Source of the DNA: an archaeon
GTDB lineage: Archaea; Nanobdellota; Nanobdellia; Woesearchaeales; GW2011-AR15
NCBI GenBank assembly: GCA_018671515.1
Contig: JABHHN010000047.1
Span: 1 to 60,266 of the forward strand
Length of the DNA: 60,266 bases
Direction: 5' to 3'
The notes under the pieces are model-generated. The model was not told the DNA's origin. It worked only from the letters and a program-made list of their open reading frames with translations, and did not search any database. Below are positions 58,901 through 60,266 of this stretch, one piece after another (the stretch's first letter is position 1; each line of letters begins with the position of its first letter). The translations under genes were made by a program, and so were the position numbers.

Positions 58901-59670
58901 TTAAATATTTAGATAATCAAGAACTAAAATATGAATTTATTAATGAGAATGTAATCCCATCATATTCTGGATTAACTGATTTTACTCGATATATCCTAAA
59001 TGAAAAAAAATTTGATAACACACCTTTCGATTTATGTTATGATATAGATGATTCTTTTGATTATACTCACATACAAAAAATGACAAATATTGATTATGAT
59101 GAATGGATTATAGATGATTATTATCAAGGTAAAGAAACACCTATTTTAGGAATCGAACCTAAAAAAATAAGATTTAGTGAAATATTAAAAGACGAAACTA
59201 CTGCAATTGAAAACAGTATGAGAATCTATTGGAAAAAAGGAAATAAATTGTATGTTCCAAAAAATTCTAAAAACGGATGTTGTCCTGATATGGGTGGATT
59301 ATGTGAAAAACCAACTAGTTCTCCAAATGAGGATGCTACAGTAGAAACTTTACCTTCTGTACCTACAGCTACACCTGTTTCAGCACCAACAACAGGAGAA
59401 CCATTACCCCCACCATCACCAAACACAGACATAAGTTTTATACCTGAAAAAACATCTGTATGTTATCAAATTGAAGAGGGATATGAATATGGACCTTATA
59501 GTAATTATAATGTATGGGAAAGAAGAGATGTAAATTATTTAATAAATAATAATTTAGGTTCAAATGAATATTGGTACAATAGAAATCATATAACTATGGA
59601 TCAAATGAAAATAGAACTTAATGATCCAGAAAAAGATGCATATATATACGCTTTCTATTATTGCCAATAA
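55996..59670 (+). CDS. 1224-aa lipoprotein with beta-carbonic-anhydrase-like domain(s)
   Basis: ISA-C lipobox; LVVCGDSRV...EQRAIG...MTHGNTCADTGGCGA; later degenerate GQAP...GNFFK...SYAL; Pro/Thr linker near the C-terminus. Confidence 0.7.
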   Translation: MKYNKPILGIFMTMLLLISACGGDGTPEEIIEENAAKIISTSNKLISIDVGTGFQFQSPRPDSEQYCKNFRDKLEIIENENIKDNMNTFYNDLEILDAFVENSPYNSIAARFGSMGLLSNVPLDDTGYKIMRDLITNMKNVNPDYLKLQENGKSVGLVVCGDSRVNCVNNFIHNGEQWIISEQRAIGSPGVLFPAEVDISIIMTHGNTCADTGGCGAQTAYGQLRDNGAQFLIDHGVPDVTVDWLSANLVTDNPFDQSVHSAIISSNVNSLVHGGDKISFFTFNEHGTNNIIIKGAAFAGDFDRTIPGVNQLHQNTIVAMFNTVIDATDDIKAMDAMDELFRLLESGEVLLDEGSNILKTKDGRKLISFLTPKYDSSVAGKMTIHTVESLKSDQAFLNGVKQFKNLLIGEEKIGSIINSFRLTQMGERVNFFNNGLAVINKMAVAGQAPLQNIIYATKTGRPIGGSGGIFGSYAGESGNFFKISINLNGLIQSNSEGSYALKTARIDTIRAGIRQDLYNYLSAHNKWSDVTYLLSEDAEILGLLVEEHFSNKNIIDFINNKDNFYTVIGLVDEQTGLIKNAKIVQVIADGEDAQKIAKQVGGIVKIIEGTELVESEIKLNGIAKLFEYFPDGTVKAIYRIRTSPLGKGVSNILSIISKSKIGNFGKGVFNGFIKLQPLWDTMFALHLDHIYTEGKDYIHLYDESKIWNAQNINLELEVNNENNRKFPKYYSSDEYMDILKNSPNGALDPYMYNGKFHQAISNDILFESYVNGAYSLLSRLDLTNFQITIENYWSWVGCIVPNSECLKIEGNTFDSCVQSCMDTLISKGPTVLSKEIVLSYIDGSIYNKNEGEKPYERRKFATPLIFLPTDYEHNKFYEISLPSDDSDFINEKQRVRNIFASGDEAAPMIVFNKMNGEYVMPCTDSQMIVPIRAVNPAINFVDNEGKKNANGVIYYISVFSSENDDRIHFKYLDNQELKYEFINENVIPSYSGLTDFTRYILNEKKFDNTPFDLCYDIDDSFDYTHIQKMTNIDYDEWIIDDYYQGKETPILGIEPKKIRFSEILKDETTAIENSMRIYWKKGNKLYVPKNSKNGCCPDMGGLCEKPTSSPNEDATVETLPSVPTATPVSAPTTGEPLPPPSPNTDISFIPEKTSVCYQIEEGYEYGPYSNYNVWERRDVNYLINNNLGSNEYWYNRNHITMDQMKIELNDPEKDAYIYAFYYCQ

Positions 59671-59741
59671 ACAATAATTTTTTTCTTTTTATTTTTTTCA
59701 ACCTAACTTATTAATACACCATTCCATTTCTTCTTGTCTAT

Positions 59742-59897
59742 ATGAAATATAATCCGCCTAAAAACCCCGGCGTTTACTTAATAAAAGACAAAGATGAATC
59801 AATCATCTATGTTGGAAAGGCAAAAAATATCAAGAAAAGAAATGCTTTAAATCCTTGTACAATAAGATACTTCAACAACAATTTACAAAATATTTAG
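59742..59897 (+). pseudogene. uvrC: UvrC N-terminal (GIY-YIG) remnant
   Basis: MKYNPPKNPGVYLIKDKDESIIYVGKAKNIKKR, then unrelated sequence and a stop at 59895-59897 (51 aa). Confidence 0.75.
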
Positions 59898-59925
59898 AAC
59901 TAAATTAATCATATTAATTTATATC

Positions 59926-60222
59926 ATGAAATTAACAGCAGATAAAATAATTGGAATAATAAATGAAAACAAAAAATAAAAAAAAAAATTTAATGTAAAA
60001 AAAATTGGTTTATTTGGTTCATATATTAAAAATAAGCAAAAAAAAGACAGTGATCTAGATTTTATTGATACCTTTGAAAAAAATACATTTGATAATTATA
60101 TGGATCTTAAATTTCTTTTAGAAAAATTATTCAATAAAAATGTTGATTTAATAATTGAAAAAAGTTTAAAACCTAGACTTAAATATGTAAAAAAAGAGAC
60201 AATCTATCTCAAGAGATTATAA
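59926..60222 (+). pseudogene. MNT nucleotidyltransferase with premature TAA
   Basis: MKLTADKII...NKK*KKKFNVKKIGLFGSYIKNKQKKDSDLDF...NVDL...KYVKKETIYLKRL*; in-frame stop at 59977-59979. Confidence 0.8.
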
Positions 60223-60266
60223 ATTATATGTTGATGATATTGATTTTATAATAACTGATAATGAAG
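60206..60266 (+). pseudogene. HEPN (DUF86) 5' remnant lacking its start codon; runs to the window end
   Basis: ATC TCA AGA GAT TAT AAA TTA TAT GTT GAT GAT ATT = (I)SRDYKLYVDDI, versus MSKDYRVYLNDI at 23061, with the same overlap geometry with the MNT stop. Confidence 0.6.

Noticed and set aside
303-59432. Numerous short antisense or alternate-frame ORFs in the track (e.g. 303..509, 5169..5537, 6267..6644, 22184..22456, 31475..31891, 55637..55888, 59226..59432)
   Set aside because: They overlap confidently assigned genes and show shadow-frame composition (Ser/Phe/Ile-rich or Gln/Leu-rich), with no motifs.
18627-59670. Shared PC(S/T)DSQ hexapeptide in lipoproteins 18627..19949 and 55996..59670
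   Set aside because: The flanking sequences do not align by eye; a six-residue match is not sufficient evidence of homology.

Overview
Very AT-rich (roughly a quarter G+C by eye), gene-dense archaeal chromosome segment. It is most consistent with a DPANN / Woesearchaeota-type genome: archaeal RFC large subunit, TrmI, ABCE1, CTP-dependent riboflavin kinase, homodimeric GlyRS, GGTGA Shine-Dalgarno sites and tandem Lrp regulators, alongside bacterial-type UvrA/UvrB, a Pol II-like PolB and a long-form SAH hydrolase. No rRNA, tRNA or CRISPR array was seen. The window opens in the 3' end of an IS5-like element inserted in a gene. It also carries a 1906-aa membrane-anchored surface protein, three Cys-lipobox lipoproteins, several toxin-antitoxin modules (one decayed) and a loose NER cluster (uvrB, UvrD-like, uvrA, uvrC remnant). 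Most notable: (1) 65-nt hairpin units capped by GCGAAGC that copy the first 8 codons of two HAD genes, form ATGA/TTGA-coupled 22-codon mini-ORFs and can sequester the true start codon; (2) a GGDEF/cyclase-palm-like protein plus an intact HD-GYP protein, hinting at cyclic-nucleotide signalling in an archaeon; (3) an ABCE1 that has lost exactly the four Cys ligands of one of its two Fe-S clusters; (4) an RQC-UvrD(2B-less)-HRDC helicase; (5) lipoproteins with beta-carbonic-anhydrase-like and class A beta-lactamase-like domains, plus a Lit-like transacylase and a GT28-like enzyme. All family assignments come from motif recognition by eye; no database search was run.
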